This document shows positions 51,073 through 61,376 of a DNA stretch of 64,000 nt, piece by piece. The notes beneath the pieces were generated by a model. The model worked only from the letters and a program-made list of their open reading frames with translations. It did not search any database and had not been told where the DNA came from. The stretch is from the NCBI GenBank assembly GCA_030648515.1, contig JAUSHK010000005.1:162895-226894 (forward strand), written 5' to 3'. The DNA comes from Candidatus Jorgensenbacteria bacterium (lineage in GTDB: Bacteria; Patescibacteriota; Minisyncoccia; UBA6257; GWB1-50-10). The stretch's first letter is position 1. Each line of letters starts with the position of its first letter. The translations under genes were made by a program, and so were the position numbers.

Positions 51073-51672
51073 ATGATTCCTGAACAAATCCAGAAATTCA
51101 TTGAGCTTTTTTCAAAGCTTCCTTCAATCGGCCCACGGCTTGCAACGCGGCTTGCGTTTTATTTGGTCGGCAAAGATACTTCTACTATCTCACGCCTTGA
51201 AGAAGCTCTCGGGGGTTTAAAAAAACTTGACCGGTGCGAGCGGTGCTTCTTTCTTAAAAATACTGACAAAAAACTGTGCGACATATGCTCCGATAAAAAA
51301 CGCGATCCGGGAAGTATTGCGATTGTTGAGAAAGAGACGGATTTAATCACTATTGAAAAAACTGGCGCATTCCACGGACATTACCTTGTTTTGGGCGAGC
51401 TTGCGGAGCGCGGAGTTTTTGAGAGCGCGCAGAAATTGCGGCTTCAGCACTTAAAGGCGCGGATTAATAAAGAGCTTAGCGGGAAAGCAAAAGAGATTGT
51501 CATCGCCTTAAGCCAAAACAGTTTCGGGGATTTCACCGCAACGCTTATTGAACAGGTTTTTAAAAACTCAGCCGAGAAAATAACTCGCATCGGGCGCGGC
51601 GTCCCCACTGGCGGTTCTATTGAGTTCGCGGATGAGGAAACGATTATGAGCGCGTTTAAGAGGAGAAACTAA
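51073..51672 (+). CDS. recR: Recombination mediator RecR
   Basis: LPSIGPR HhH, CERC..CDIC, Toprim-like C-terminus. Confidence 0.93.
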   Translation: MIPEQIQKFIELFSKLPSIGPRLATRLAFYLVGKDTSTISRLEEALGGLKKLDRCERCFFLKNTDKKLCDICSDKKRDPGSIAIVEKETDLITIEKTGAFHGHYLVLGELAERGVFESAQKLRLQHLKARINKELSGKAKEIVIALSQNSFGDFTATLIEQVFKNSAEKITRIGRGVPTGGSIEFADEETIMSAFKRRN

Positions 51673-51728
51673 AAATGCCCAGTTTGGGGCATTTTTATTC
51701 CTACACCAATGGAATTGGTAGTGGGGAT

Positions 51729-52055
51729 TTATTTGATTTCAGTGATTTTTACTTCGGAATAATCTTGGCGGTGGCCCTTTTTGCGCATGTGGCGGGTTTT
51801 GGAATGAAACTTAAAGATTATCTTTTTGTCCCCGCGGCCCTGCTTTACCATAGTGCCATCAACTGACGCGCCGGCGATGAATGGCGCCCCAACCTCAACA
51901 GAGGAACCGTCTGCTTTGAGTAAAACCTGCCCAAAAGAAATCTGCGCGCCTGCCTGCGCGGGAGAGCCATCCGCACCGTCAAGCCTTTCAATCTGGATTG
52001 TATCGCCTTTTGCAACCTTATATTGTTTTCCGCCTGTTTCAATCACGGCAAACAT
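51729..52055 (-). CDS. rplU: 50S ribosomal protein L21
   Basis: MFAVIETGGKQYKV, KGHRQ. Confidence 0.97.
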   Translation of the reverse strand: MFAVIETGGKQYKVAKGDTIQIERLDGADGSPAQAGAQISFGQVLLKADGSSVEVGAPFIAGASVDGTMVKQGRGDKKIIFKFHSKTRHMRKKGHRQDYSEVKITEIK

Positions 52056-52092
52056 AATAGTGAGATGATACCACGGGTTTTCTAAAATGCAA

Positions 52093-52120
52093 ACCCCGCC
52101 TGTCCGTGGACAGGCGGGGT
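52093..52120. terminator. GC-rich hairpin between the TM-repeat gene and rplU
   Basis: ACCCCGCCTGTCC-GT-GGACAGGCGGGGT followed by TTGCATTTT on the minus strand. Confidence 0.6.
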
Positions 52121-52151
52121 GCATAATATTAGCAACTAACAGTTACCTCTA

Positions 52152-52829
52152 TTACTCCGTGTGCTGTTTGAGCTTCGAGATTAATGATGCCGCATAATCC
52201 TTTCCGCCCAAGCCAAAGGCAATGCCGCCAGCAAGCGCTATCATTGCGACAAATCCTGTGACGATCGAGTTGATAATCGCAACTGCGATCCCAAGCTGTG
52301 AAAGCGCGGTAAGAAATCCGAAGATTACGACCGCCCACCATGTAAGCGAGCCTAGGAAGTTTGCCGCATGAAGCCTGGCGCCCCTCACGGACACCCGGAC
52401 CAATTTCCTGAGGAAATTTGCGATAACAACCGCCGCGAGCATGATAAGCACCGACACAATCACGTTCGGAATGTAGAGAAGTGTTTCACGCAGGAAGTTT
52501 GAAAGCGAGTAAAATCCGAGAATGTCCGTCGCGGCGAGCAAAAAGACAATAACCAAAAACCAATACACAAGCCGCCCGAAGAACTTCCCTGTGTTTATCG
52601 CAATCCCCGCGCGCTCAAAGTGCTCTTTGAGGCCAAGTCCGACCAGAACCCGGTCGAGCTTGATTAACTTCACAAACCGCTCAACCAAAGCCCCAATTCC
52701 GCTAGCTACAATGAGGCCGATGATGAGTACAATAAGCGCTCCTAAGATTCCTGCGAGTACGCCTATTGTTCCCGTCCAGAGGTTTTGGAGGGAACCAGCA
52801 ACCAACGCTGCCCAATTTTGAACGTACAT
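52152..52829 (-). CDS. TM-helix repeat (MscS/CmpX-like) membrane protein
   Basis: YIPNVIVSVLI, ALSQLGI, AFGLGGKD. Confidence 0.8.
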   Translation of the reverse strand: MYVQNWAALVAGSLQNLWTGTIGVLAGILGALIVLIIGLIVASGIGALVERFVKLIKLDRVLVGLGLKEHFERAGIAINTGKFFGRLVYWFLVIVFLLAATDILGFYSLSNFLRETLLYIPNVIVSVLIMLAAVVIANFLRKLVRVSVRGARLHAANFLGSLTWWAVVIFGFLTALSQLGIAVAIINSIVTGFVAMIALAGGIAFGLGGKDYAASLISKLKQHTE

Positions 52830-52944
52830 AAATACGTTTGTACTTTTTATCTCCCGACAACGCCCATTTCGTGGGCTATATCGGAGAATTGATTTAAAAA
52901 CTCGACCTTTACCTGATGTGGTACTATTATAGCATATTTATTTT

Positions 52945-53367
52945 ATGAAACCCGCGCGCCTCAGTGGATTACTCGTTGCCGCTACGCTTCTTATTGTCCT
53001 CGGGCACGCGCTTGGGATGAAAGAGCTTATGAATTTATATTACCGCGTTCCGTATTACGATTCGCCGATGCACTTTTTAGGCGGCATCTGGATTGGATTG
53101 ATTATTATCGCTTTCTGGGACCGGTTCTTTGAGCCGCTCAGCCTTGAGCGCTCGCTCAGCAACGCGCTCAAAGTAGCTGGTATTGTGCTTATTATCGGGC
53201 TTTTCTGGGAGCTTTTTGAGTTTTCCCTCTACTCGCTCCACGTGCAGTTCGGAATCGGCATATATCAAAATATGGAACTTGCCGACACGCTTAAAGACAT
53301 GACCTTGGATCTACTTGGCGGAATTACCGCGTTTTTACTTGTTTCGCGGCGAAATATAAACAATTAA
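52945..53367 (+). CDS. VanZ/DUF2238-like membrane protein
   Basis: YDSPMHFLGG, WELFE, DTLKD motifs. Confidence 0.7.
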   Translation: MKPARLSGLLVAATLLIVLGHALGMKELMNLYYRVPYYDSPMHFLGGIWIGLIIIAFWDRFFEPLSLERSLSNALKVAGIVLIIGLFWELFEFSLYSLHVQFGIGIYQNMELADTLKDMTLDLLGGITAFLLVSRRNINN

Positions 53368-53390
53368 GCCCCGTTAAGTGGCTTAATTGT

Positions 53391-54413
53391 TTATATAGCT
53401 GCTTCTTCATCAACTGATCTCCAAACGTCGCGAAGCGTTTTTAGTTCTGGATTTCCTTCTAACGCCTCTTCCCATGTTTTATATCTTGCCCGTTGTTCGT
53501 TATTAGCGTCCTCCATACTGCGCACACTCGCAAAACCTTCCATTTTGCGCTCTAACTCAAGCGACACATCGAGTTTAAAGTCTGGTTCTTCTAAGTGGAA
53601 CTCTTCCGCTTGTTTCTTTATTATTTCAGTTGTTCCCTCCGCTTCTTTAACTAGTTCGCTGTATAGTTTGCTCGTTTTACTAATATTCAACTCAACTACT
53701 TGTAGTTTTGACCCGAGCTGTTTAAGAGTCTCATCTTGTTCATCTACAAGCTGAAGCCATCCTCTTTTTTCCGAAAGAAGCTTATCAATCGCAGTTTTAT
53801 CAAAAATTTCGAAAAACTTTGTATCTTTGCGTTTTTCTTCCAAAAGTTTAATAATCTCGGCTCCTGATTTTGCATTTACTAGTTCCTCGTGTCCTTTGAT
53901 AAGACTTTTTATATTTTCCCACGCTTTTTTATGTTCTTTTTCCCTAATTTTAACCTCGCGTTCAAGTTCATGCTTCCTATCAGCAAGATTCTTAATTATC
54001 TCGGCAATATCGCGAGCCCTTAAACAGAGTTTTTCTTTTGTCGTCCGTATGTATTCTTTTGCTTTTTTCTTTTTTTCTTCATACTGTTTTTCCCATTCCA
54101 TTACTTCCGGTTTGGATCCTATTTTTTTAACTTCGCCGACTATTTCTATCTGTCTGCTTTTAATTTTTTTAATGAGGTCCCTGACATCGCCTAGGTCAAC
54201 TCCAGCTGGCGGGGTTTTTAATGTATTCTCTAGTTTTAAAAGTTTTCCTTGATTACTTTTAAGTTCATTCACTAATTCTGTCCTTTTTTCCAGTTCTTTC
54301 ATAAGCGGGCTATTTTGCTCATTAACTGCCGGGCCACCGCCAATACGCGCTCCACGAGTTTCGTGCGCATTCTCTTCTGTTCTACGAATTTGGGGTGTTT
54401 CAAATGGAGGCAT
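53391..54413 (-). CDS. Coiled-coil hypothetical protein
   Basis: E/K-rich heptads; own promoter TTGACA-N17-TACGAT at about 54431-54459. Confidence 0.75.
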   Translation of the reverse strand: MPPFETPQIRRTEENAHETRGARIGGGPAVNEQNSPLMKELEKRTELVNELKSNQGKLLKLENTLKTPPAGVDLGDVRDLIKKIKSRQIEIVGEVKKIGSKPEVMEWEKQYEEKKKKAKEYIRTTKEKLCLRARDIAEIIKNLADRKHELEREVKIREKEHKKAWENIKSLIKGHEELVNAKSGAEIIKLLEEKRKDTKFFEIFDKTAIDKLLSEKRGWLQLVDEQDETLKQLGSKLQVVELNISKTSKLYSELVKEAEGTTEIIKKQAEEFHLEEPDFKLDVSLELERKMEGFASVRSMEDANNEQRARYKTWEEALEGNPELKTLRDVWRSVDEEAAI

Positions 54414-54549
54414 ATTATTTTTATATCTGTATCGTACACCTTTTATCTTGTTGTGTCAAGTGTGTGTTTTGGGTTAGATCTTGGCTCTTATATTGTTTGA
54501 CTTTTCTTTTATTGGCTTCATTATACAACTTTCTTTGCGAAATCAAACT

Positions 54550-54623
54550 TGGTGGACCCAGCGAGAATCGGACTCGCGCCTCGGCAATGCGAATGCCGCG
54601 TAATACCACTTTACTATGGGCCC
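54550..54623 (-). tRNA. tRNA-Ala(CGC)
   Basis: Cloverleaf, G3-U70, loop TT-CGC-AT, encoded CCA. Confidence 0.93.
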
Positions 54624-54691
54624 GTTTTCAATTTGAACCAGCAAAAGAATAATAACCGCCTATAGCGCGGTAGTCAAAATAAACGAAACCG

Positions 54692-55285
54692 TTATTCGTA
54701 CGCCCTGTCGCTTTTCTTTTTTTTGTAGTAATGAAGAAAGGCAAGTATAGCGATGATACCAATGCTGATTGAGAGGGCGCCGATGAATTCAAGAATTGAG
54801 TTTGCCTTTCTAACCGCCTCGCCGAAATAAAAGCCGACAAGGAGGAGCGCTAAGGATTTCAAAAGCGTCGCAACCATATTCGCCCCGAGAAATTTCAAAA
54901 AAGGCATCCGCACCAGTCCCGCGGCGACGAGAAATATCGCGCCGATGCCATGCGCTAATTTACCAAAGAGAAGCGTCTTGCCGCCGTGTTTTTCAAAATG
55001 CGTTTCAATGCGCGCGATCACGTCGGGTTTTAGTCCGATATATTTGCCCCACCGATTCAAAAATTTTTCCCTTCCATAGCGCCCGATGGCGTAGTATATC
55101 GCGTCACCTGCTAGATCCCCAATTACAATAACGGCGTAGGCTATAAACAGGTTCATAAAACCCGTCGCCACCACCAGTCCCGCTATAACGGTTACAATCG
55201 GCCCCTCAACTACAACAATGGGGAACAAAATTAGATATTTGTAATGAAGCAATAACTGTAAAACTTGGTCTAAAGAAAAAAACAT
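54692..55285 (-). CDS. DedA family membrane protein
   Basis: VEGP, GDAIYYAIGRYG, FEKHGGK. Confidence 0.9.
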   Translation of the reverse strand: MFFSLDQVLQLLLHYKYLILFPIVVVEGPIVTVIAGLVVATGFMNLFIAYAVIVIGDLAGDAIYYAIGRYGREKFLNRWGKYIGLKPDVIARIETHFEKHGGKTLLFGKLAHGIGAIFLVAAGLVRMPFLKFLGANMVATLLKSLALLLVGFYFGEAVRKANSILEFIGALSISIGIIAILAFLHYYKKKKSDRAYE

Positions 55286-55289
55286 TTTG

Positions 55290-55360
55290 TCGGGCTGCTG
55301 GGAATCGAACCCAGTCTACACCGACCCGAACGGTGCGTACTACCGGTATACTACAGCCCG
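55290..55360 (-). tRNA. tRNA-Pro(CGG)
   Basis: CGGGCTG/CAGCCCG-A acceptor, loop TT-CGG-GT. Confidence 0.93.
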
Positions 55361-55402
55361 CCTTCGCTACTTAAGATAACACAGAAAAAAATAAAGAAAA
55401 GT

Positions 55403-55789
55403 CTACCGCGGCGGCAGGCGTTGTTCTATTTTTTCAAGTTTGTCAGAAATAACTTTGAGTTCTTTTTTCACATTTGCGAGCGCGCCTGATTCTTCTTCAA
55501 CCTCGGTTTCCGTTTTCTCAGCTAATTTTTTTTCATGGCGCAAGCCGGAAATGATAATCTGGTCGCCGATAAAAACCGAGACAAGCAACCCCGTGACAAG
55601 TAATAAAACGACACTGGTAACGAGCGAACCGACTGCGCTTAAATCAAGGCCATCAGCAATGTACCACACGCCGCGCCAAAAAAGCACAACACCAACACCG
55701 CCGATAAGGCCGTATATAATCGGGAAGTGGCTGAGTGCCCCACGAATGCGGTCCTCCAACCTATCAAAAAATTTCATGATGCCTTTCAT
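55403..55789 (-). CDS. Small membrane protein with coiled-coil tail
   Basis: Two TM segments; VVLFWRGVW. Confidence 0.75.
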   Translation of the reverse strand: MKGIMKFFDRLEDRIRGALSHFPIIYGLIGGVGVVLFWRGVWYIADGLDLSAVGSLVTSVVLLLVTGLLVSVFIGDQIIISGLRHEKKLAEKTETEVEEESGALANVKKELKVISDKLEKIEQRLPPR

Positions 55790-55791
55790 GG

Positions 55792-57255
55792 TTATTGTAC
55801 ATAATACTTCTTTTTCATCTCGCCTTCAATCGCCGAGTTCGCTTCATCCTTTTTTGATTTTGCCTCTTCGGCTTTTTTCTTCAAGCCGGCGTCCGGCAAT
55901 TTTCCAAGTTCCGTTGCGCGTATAGTGAGATATTCTTTTGTGTTTCTCGTTGGATCATCCAGCACATCTTCAAGCAAAATCATTAAAATCATGCCGATGT
56001 GCGGCCCCGGCTTAACGTCTAAAAGCTTCATGAGCTCGTTGCCGTCCAGGGCGAGCATTTTGGGATGCAATGGGTCGTGCTTCACTTTTTCAATCATGAA
56101 AAGGAGATGGCGAATTTTGTATGGCGCCGCTTTAGGTACGCCCGAACCGATGCGGTCCGCCTCGCGCACTTTTATCAAATCGTCAATATTTTCCGGACCA
56201 ACGCGCGCGAGAAATCTTCGCACGCCAGCTTCGGTTACTTCGCCGACATTGTAGTAAAAGAGGTGGTGGCGGACGAGATGGATAACCTTTCCCGCTATCT
56301 CTTTTGAAAAACGGAGGCGGTCCACAATTTTTGTAGCCATCCGCGCGCCGATTACCTCGTGACTGTAAAACGTGGAGTCAATCCCCTCGCCGCGCTTTGA
56401 CTTCGGCTTTCCTACGTCATGGAGCAGTGCCGCGAGCCGCACCTCAAGCGAATATCCTTTTTCCGCGGTGTAGTTCAGCGCCCGCACATTGTGGTCAAAA
56501 ACGGTATAGATGTGATGCTTGTTTTGGCCGATGGCGATTCCTTCGCGCAATTCGGGAATCACGTACCGAAGAAGCCCGAGATCTTCAAGAAGAATAATCC
56601 CCTCCGCCGCGCGCGGTGTCATAATCATTTTTGTAAGCTCGTCGCGAACGCGCTCTTTCGCAATCATTTCAAGTAACCCCGCGTTTTCGCGTATGGCGCG
56701 CGCCGTTTCGTGTTCTATTTCAAATCCCAATTGCGCTGCGAGACGCACGGCGCGCATAAGGCGGAGCGCGTCTTCTTCAAACCGCGTTCCGGGATCGCCG
56801 ACGGTTGAAATTACTTTTTGGCTTATGTCATTCAAGCCGCCGTGCTGGTCTATAAGCTTTCCGTTTTTAGAATTCAGATCAAGCGCAATCGCATTAATCG
56901 TAAAGTCGCGCCTATCAAGATCATCCTCAACATTTTTCGCAAATTTAATTTCGTCCGGGTGACGCTTATCCGTATATTTTCCTTCAAGCCGAAACGTGGT
57001 CACTTCAACAATTTTGAGCGTTTCATCGTCGCTTCCAGTCTTTACGCCGACCGTGCCAAAATCATTTTCATACACGCTCTCGGGGAAAATTTCCTGGATT
57101 TTTTCCGGCTCCGCGCTCGTTGTAATATCCCAGTCCTTGGGCTCACACTTCATAATGAGGTCGCGAACACAGCCGCCCACGAGATACGCCTCATAGCCGG
57201 CTTTTGTAAGGCCGTTTGCGATTTCATTCACCTCTTTTGGAACTTTAAAATCCAT
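55792..57255 (-). CDS. cca: CCA-adding enzyme / poly(A) polymerase family with HD domain
   Basis: LVGGCVRD, DWD, RRDFTINA, EDALR, LLHDVGK; start placed 7 nt after TACAAT. Confidence 0.9.
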   Translation of the reverse strand: MDFKVPKEVNEIANGLTKAGYEAYLVGGCVRDLIMKCEPKDWDITTSAEPEKIQEIFPESVYENDFGTVGVKTGSDDETLKIVEVTTFRLEGKYTDKRHPDEIKFAKNVEDDLDRRDFTINAIALDLNSKNGKLIDQHGGLNDISQKVISTVGDPGTRFEEDALRLMRAVRLAAQLGFEIEHETARAIRENAGLLEMIAKERVRDELTKMIMTPRAAEGIILLEDLGLLRYVIPELREGIAIGQNKHHIYTVFDHNVRALNYTAEKGYSLEVRLAALLHDVGKPKSKRGEGIDSTFYSHEVIGARMATKIVDRLRFSKEIAGKVIHLVRHHLFYYNVGEVTEAGVRRFLARVGPENIDDLIKVREADRIGSGVPKAAPYKIRHLLFMIEKVKHDPLHPKMLALDGNELMKLLDVKPGPHIGMILMILLEDVLDDPTRNTKEYLTIRATELGKLPDAGLKKKAEEAKSKKDEANSAIEGEMKKKYYVQ

Positions 57256-57298
57256 GAATTCCATTGTACACTGAAGTCTGGAATTGAGAAACTTTTCC

Positions 57299-57370
57299 GC
57301 CCCTGTAGTGAAACGGATATCACGCGACGCTTCGGACGTCGTATTCCGGGTTCGAATCCTGGCGGGGGCA
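57299..57370 (+). tRNA. tRNA-Arg(TCG)
   Basis: Cloverleaf, loop CT-TCG-GA. Confidence 0.93.
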
Positions 57371-57371
57371 C

Positions 57372-57692
57372 ATGTCTTGGATTATACCGATTTCAATTTT
57401 AATACTGTTTGAGTTAATCGCTGACGTGCTTGCGAAAGAGTGGTCAATGCACGGTCTTGCAATACGTTGGATAGGCGCGCTCGTCGCGTATCTTTTGGGA
57501 AATATGTTTTGGCTTTTCGCGCTTAAAAACGGCTCTGGACTTGCCCGCGGAGCGATTATTTTTTCTGTCGTTTCGGCTATTCTCGCAATAGTGATCGGAA
57601 TTATCTTCTATCGCGAAGAACTGACAACTACGCAAATCGCCGGTATTATCGTCGGCATCATCTCAATTGTGCTTATTTTCTGGAATTCATAA
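57372..57692 (+). CDS. SMR/EamA-like small 4-TM transporter
   Basis: 106 aa, four hydrophobic helices, Glu in TM1. Confidence 0.8.
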   Translation: MSWIIPISILILFELIADVLAKEWSMHGLAIRWIGALVAYLLGNMFWLFALKNGSGLARGAIIFSVVSAILAIVIGIIFYREELTTTQIAGIIVGIISIVLIFWNS

Positions 57693-57739
57693 ACTCTTTC
57701 CAAATATAAGAATTTCAGGTATATAATTATGTAGCAATC

Positions 57740-57812
57740 GCCCCGTTAGCTCAGTTGGTAGAGCAACTCCCTCTTAAGGAGATGGTCGTAGGTTCGAATC
57801 CTACACGGGGCA
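57740..57812 (+). tRNA. tRNA-Lys(CTT)
   Basis: Cloverleaf, loop CT-CTT-AA. Confidence 0.95.
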
Positions 57813-57889
57813 CTAGTATTGGAAATCGGAAATAAAAAAAGCCGCTTCCCCCGAGAGCGGCTTTCTATTATTGTATTTCCGAAACCCGG

Positions 57890-58396
57890 CTAGAAATCCG
57901 GGTATACTTCGATTTTGATTTCCCGGATAATAACTCTCGTATTTTCATTTTCCCCGGTCATCACATATTTTGCATGAAAATTCACTTTTCTATTATTGAG
58001 TAAATCTAACATGCCTAATGGCAATTTTTCGTCTGTGTCAAGAAATTCCACAGACACTTTCGCGTCATACCGATCAAACTCGCCTTGCCATTCCGCCGTT
58101 ATCATTTTTTCACCATCGACAGCATTGGACCAAACCCTAATTCCACCTATCTCGCCGGCAATACAAATTTGTCGGCTTGTGTCCAGAACTGACTTAATTT
58201 TGAATACTCCGCATCCTATTACGTAGTGCGTTGCCTTGGCTGCTTTTTGTCCTGTGGCACTTTTTAAAGTCTTTTCTTTGGCCGGCTTTGTTTTGTTAGC
58301 CGAGGTACTTTGTGCCTCAACGTTGGCAAAAAATCCGATTGTTATTGCAAATACTAACAACAAAGTTAGTAACGACGCGAAAAAAGATTTTTTCAT
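57890..58396 (-). CDS. Orphan secreted protein in a stand-alone cassette
   Basis: Signal peptide; SD AAGGAG (58405-58410); TTGACA-N17-TATGTT (58451-58479); hairpin 57838-57864. Confidence 0.72.
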   Translation of the reverse strand: MKKSFFASLLTLLLVFAITIGFFANVEAQSTSANKTKPAKEKTLKSATGQKAAKATHYVIGCGVFKIKSVLDTSRQICIAGEIGGIRVWSNAVDGEKMITAEWQGEFDRYDAKVSVEFLDTDEKLPLGMLDLLNNRKVNFHAKYVMTGENENTRVIIREIKIEVYPDF

Positions 58397-58521
58397 TGCG
58401 TTTTCTCCTTGTTTATATGTTAAAAACAGCGGTTGTTTATTACTGGTTACAACATATCATATTATATATTATATGTCAATCATCGCAGCGTTTCGAAAAG
58501 CGAGTAAAATAGTAGTTGATT

Positions 58522-60654
58522 ATGGATATAGCAACGCCGCTTTCTGAAATTAAAGGCATCCCTCCCCGCTTTCTGCCGAAACTCAAAAAACTTGGGATTG
58601 AAACTGCCCGTGATTTATTGTGGCACATTCCGTCTCGCTACGTTGATTTTTCGCGCGTTCTCCATATTAGCGAGCTAAAAGCGCAAGAAGAAGCGACGAT
58701 TCACGGCACAGTGGAAAAAGCGCGGGCGCGACGCACATGGAAGCGGAATCTGTATCTTATGGAGGCGTTTATCCGCGACGAGAGCGGCACTATCCGAGCG
58801 ACGTGGTTTAATCAGCCATATATAAAAAATATTTTGACGCCGGGGCGCGAGGCAAATTTTTCAGGGAAACCGACGCTTTCAAAAGACGGCGAGTTGTATC
58901 TTTCAAATCCGACGTACGAACTCGTTTCAATGTCGGAAACCGATACAAAGCACACCGCGCGCGTTGTTCCGATATATCCGGAAACGCGCGGGCTTACATC
59001 AAAAGGCATTCGTTATCTTGTCTCAATACTTTTTAAACAAAATGTGCCGCTTGAAGAACCGCTTCCCCAAAATATACTTGATTCTGAAAAACTTCCCGCG
59101 CTTCGCGATGCGATTCGCGCGGTGCATTTTCCCGACACGCTTGATGATGCCGCGCACGCAAAGCGCCGGTTCGCGTTTGAGGATTTATTTTTAATACAGC
59201 TCCGCAACATAACGGAACGCGCGAAACTGAATAATTTAAAAGCGCATTCGACTCCTCCGAATGTCGAACTAATGAAAGAACTTATTGACCAACTGCCGTT
59301 TCCCCTTACCGTCTCGCAAAAAAAATCACTTTGGGAAATTCTTCAGGGGCTTCAAGAACCACACCCAATGAACCGCTTGCTTCAGGGCGATGTCGGTTCC
59401 GGAAAAACGATTGTCGCCGCGCTTGCGGCGATGAATATCGCAGAGTCAGGGCTCCAGGCCGCATTTATGGCTCCTACGGAAATTCTTGCGCGGCAACATT
59501 ATCAAACTATCAAAAAATTCTTTCCTGAGTTTGAAAAAGGAACCGCGCTTTTGACGTCAAGCGAGGCGCGCATTTTTTACGGACAAGGAATGGAAACAAC
59601 AACCAAAAAGCCAGCGATTTTACGCGAGCTTTCCGCGGGGCGAATAAAAATCATCATCGGCACGCACGCGCTCATTCAAAAAAACGTTACGATTCCAAAT
59701 CTTGCGCTGGTTGTTATTGATGAACAGCACCGTTTTGGCGTCCGCCAGCGCGCAGAACTTTTACAGGGCAAACGCGAGGCGCGCGTCCCGCATCTCTTAA
59801 GCATGTCCGCAACTCCTATCCCCCGCACGTTGAGTTTAACCATTTTCGGCGACTTGGATCTTTCGCTTATCAATGAACTTCCCAAAAACCGCAAGGCCAT
59901 TATTACAAAGGTTGTTTTGCCGACCGAACGAGACAGCGCGTATCATTTCATCAGAGAACAGATCAATGAAGGGCGACAGGCGTTCGTGATTTGTCCGCGC
60001 ATTGAGCAAACTGTAAAAATTGATGGCGATGCTCTTGAATTATCTGAATTTGAGCTCTCTCGCATTGAGATGAAAAACGTGAAAGACGAGTATGAAAAAT
60101 TATCAAAAAAGATTTTTCAGGAATTTGAAGTCGGAATGCTGCACGGGAAACTTCATCCGAAAGAGAAAGAACATATTATGAAAAAATTTGCTGGCGGCGA
60201 AATTAATGTTCTCGTCGCGACATCAGTCGTTGAAGTCGGCGTAGACGTGCCGAACGCGACGGTGATGATGATTGAAAGCGCCGAGCGGTTCGGGCTCGCC
60301 CAACTTTACCAATTTCGCGGGCGTGTTGGCCGAGGAGAACACCAATCGCATTGCCTTCTCTTTACCGAGTCAAAATCGCAGGAAACAAAAAAACGCCTCC
60401 TATCAATCGTGGAAGCGAAAAATGGATTTGAGCTTGCTGAAAAAGATTTGGCTATCCGCGGGCCCGGAGAATTCTTGGGAGAAATCCAAACAGGAATGCC
60501 CGATATCGCGATGACCGCGCTTCAAAATCCAGAACTCGTTAAACACTCGCGCGAATTGGCAATCGCGCTTCTACGCGACGACCCACCGCTTAAAAACCAT
60601 CCGCTTCTTAAATCCCAGCTCGAGCAATTCCAAAAATCTGTGCATTTGGAGTAA
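58522..60654 (+). CDS. recG: ATP-dependent DNA helicase RecG
   Basis: QGDVGSGKT, DEQHRFG, SATPIPRT, QFRGRVGRG. Confidence 0.98.
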   Translation: MDIATPLSEIKGIPPRFLPKLKKLGIETARDLLWHIPSRYVDFSRVLHISELKAQEEATIHGTVEKARARRTWKRNLYLMEAFIRDESGTIRATWFNQPYIKNILTPGREANFSGKPTLSKDGELYLSNPTYELVSMSETDTKHTARVVPIYPETRGLTSKGIRYLVSILFKQNVPLEEPLPQNILDSEKLPALRDAIRAVHFPDTLDDAAHAKRRFAFEDLFLIQLRNITERAKLNNLKAHSTPPNVELMKELIDQLPFPLTVSQKKSLWEILQGLQEPHPMNRLLQGDVGSGKTIVAALAAMNIAESGLQAAFMAPTEILARQHYQTIKKFFPEFEKGTALLTSSEARIFYGQGMETTTKKPAILRELSAGRIKIIIGTHALIQKNVTIPNLALVVIDEQHRFGVRQRAELLQGKREARVPHLLSMSATPIPRTLSLTIFGDLDLSLINELPKNRKAIITKVVLPTERDSAYHFIREQINEGRQAFVICPRIEQTVKIDGDALELSEFELSRIEMKNVKDEYEKLSKKIFQEFEVGMLHGKLHPKEKEHIMKKFAGGEINVLVATSVVEVGVDVPNATVMMIESAERFGLAQLYQFRGRVGRGEHQSHCLLFTESKSQETKKRLLSIVEAKNGFELAEKDLAIRGPGEFLGEIQTGMPDIAMTALQNPELVKHSRELAIALLRDDPPLKNHPLLKSQLEQFQKSVHLE

Positions 60655-60728
60655 TAAATAATCCCTCGGAAATTATCCAAGGGATTATTAGTAAAAATTC
60701 AGAAAAATTCGCTGAGATCTGATTTGAG

Positions 60729-61376
60729 TTATATTGCAAACGCGAACCCTGTTTTTTTAGACCATAAATCACCAGGGGTGAAACCGCCACATCCCCTCAA
60801 AAATTCGCTACCACCACTACGATCCGTTCTAAACAGGAGGCCCGGACCGCCTTGCGGACCATTAACAAGTTCGTGCATTGCGACAATTTCGATAAGACCC
60901 ATCATAGCGATTTCCTTTTCCGTGAATGCTTCGTGAATCAGGCATGATTCTTCGGTGTTCGGCTCCCTAAGACCCAGATCCTTAGCTTTGACTCGAACAT
61001 CTCTCGTATGTCGTTTATTGATATTGAATAATGTCCCCTTAAGAACAGCGATTTTTGTTGTTACATTACTTGTTGGCGTAAAATCCTCCTCAGGGATCTG
61101 GAATCTGTCTTGTGAGAGAAGTGTGTCTCGCGCGCATTCTCCAATACGGAAGCCCTTTTCCGACTCTGGGCGGTTAACCCATTCCTCGCCTGTCATACCG
61201 CTTGAAGTGACTGAGAAATAGATGATACCCTTTTTTTCGTTCCATTTACGTGGCGATTCGGAAACCGTTAGAGTGCCACGGAGAAGCTTGATAGCCGCGT
61301 CATGTCCGCCTAGCTTTTTAACAATGGCGTTCAATTGGCCAGCTGTAAGATTAGCTGATGCAAATTTCCCACTCAT
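60729..61376 (-). CDS. Orphan hypothetical protein in a stand-alone cassette
   Basis: SD AGGAGGT (61381-61387), TTGACA-N17-TACAAT (61523-61551), hairpin 60660-60687. Confidence 0.75.
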   Translation of the reverse strand: MSGKFASANLTAGQLNAIVKKLGGHDAAIKLLRGTLTVSESPRKWNEKKGIIYFSVTSSGMTGEEWVNRPESEKGFRIGECARDTLLSQDRFQIPEEDFTPTSNVTTKIAVLKGTLFNINKRHTRDVRVKAKDLGLREPNTEESCLIHEAFTEKEIAMMGLIEIVAMHELVNGPQGGPGLLFRTDRSGGSEFLRGCGGFTPGDLWSKKTGFAFAI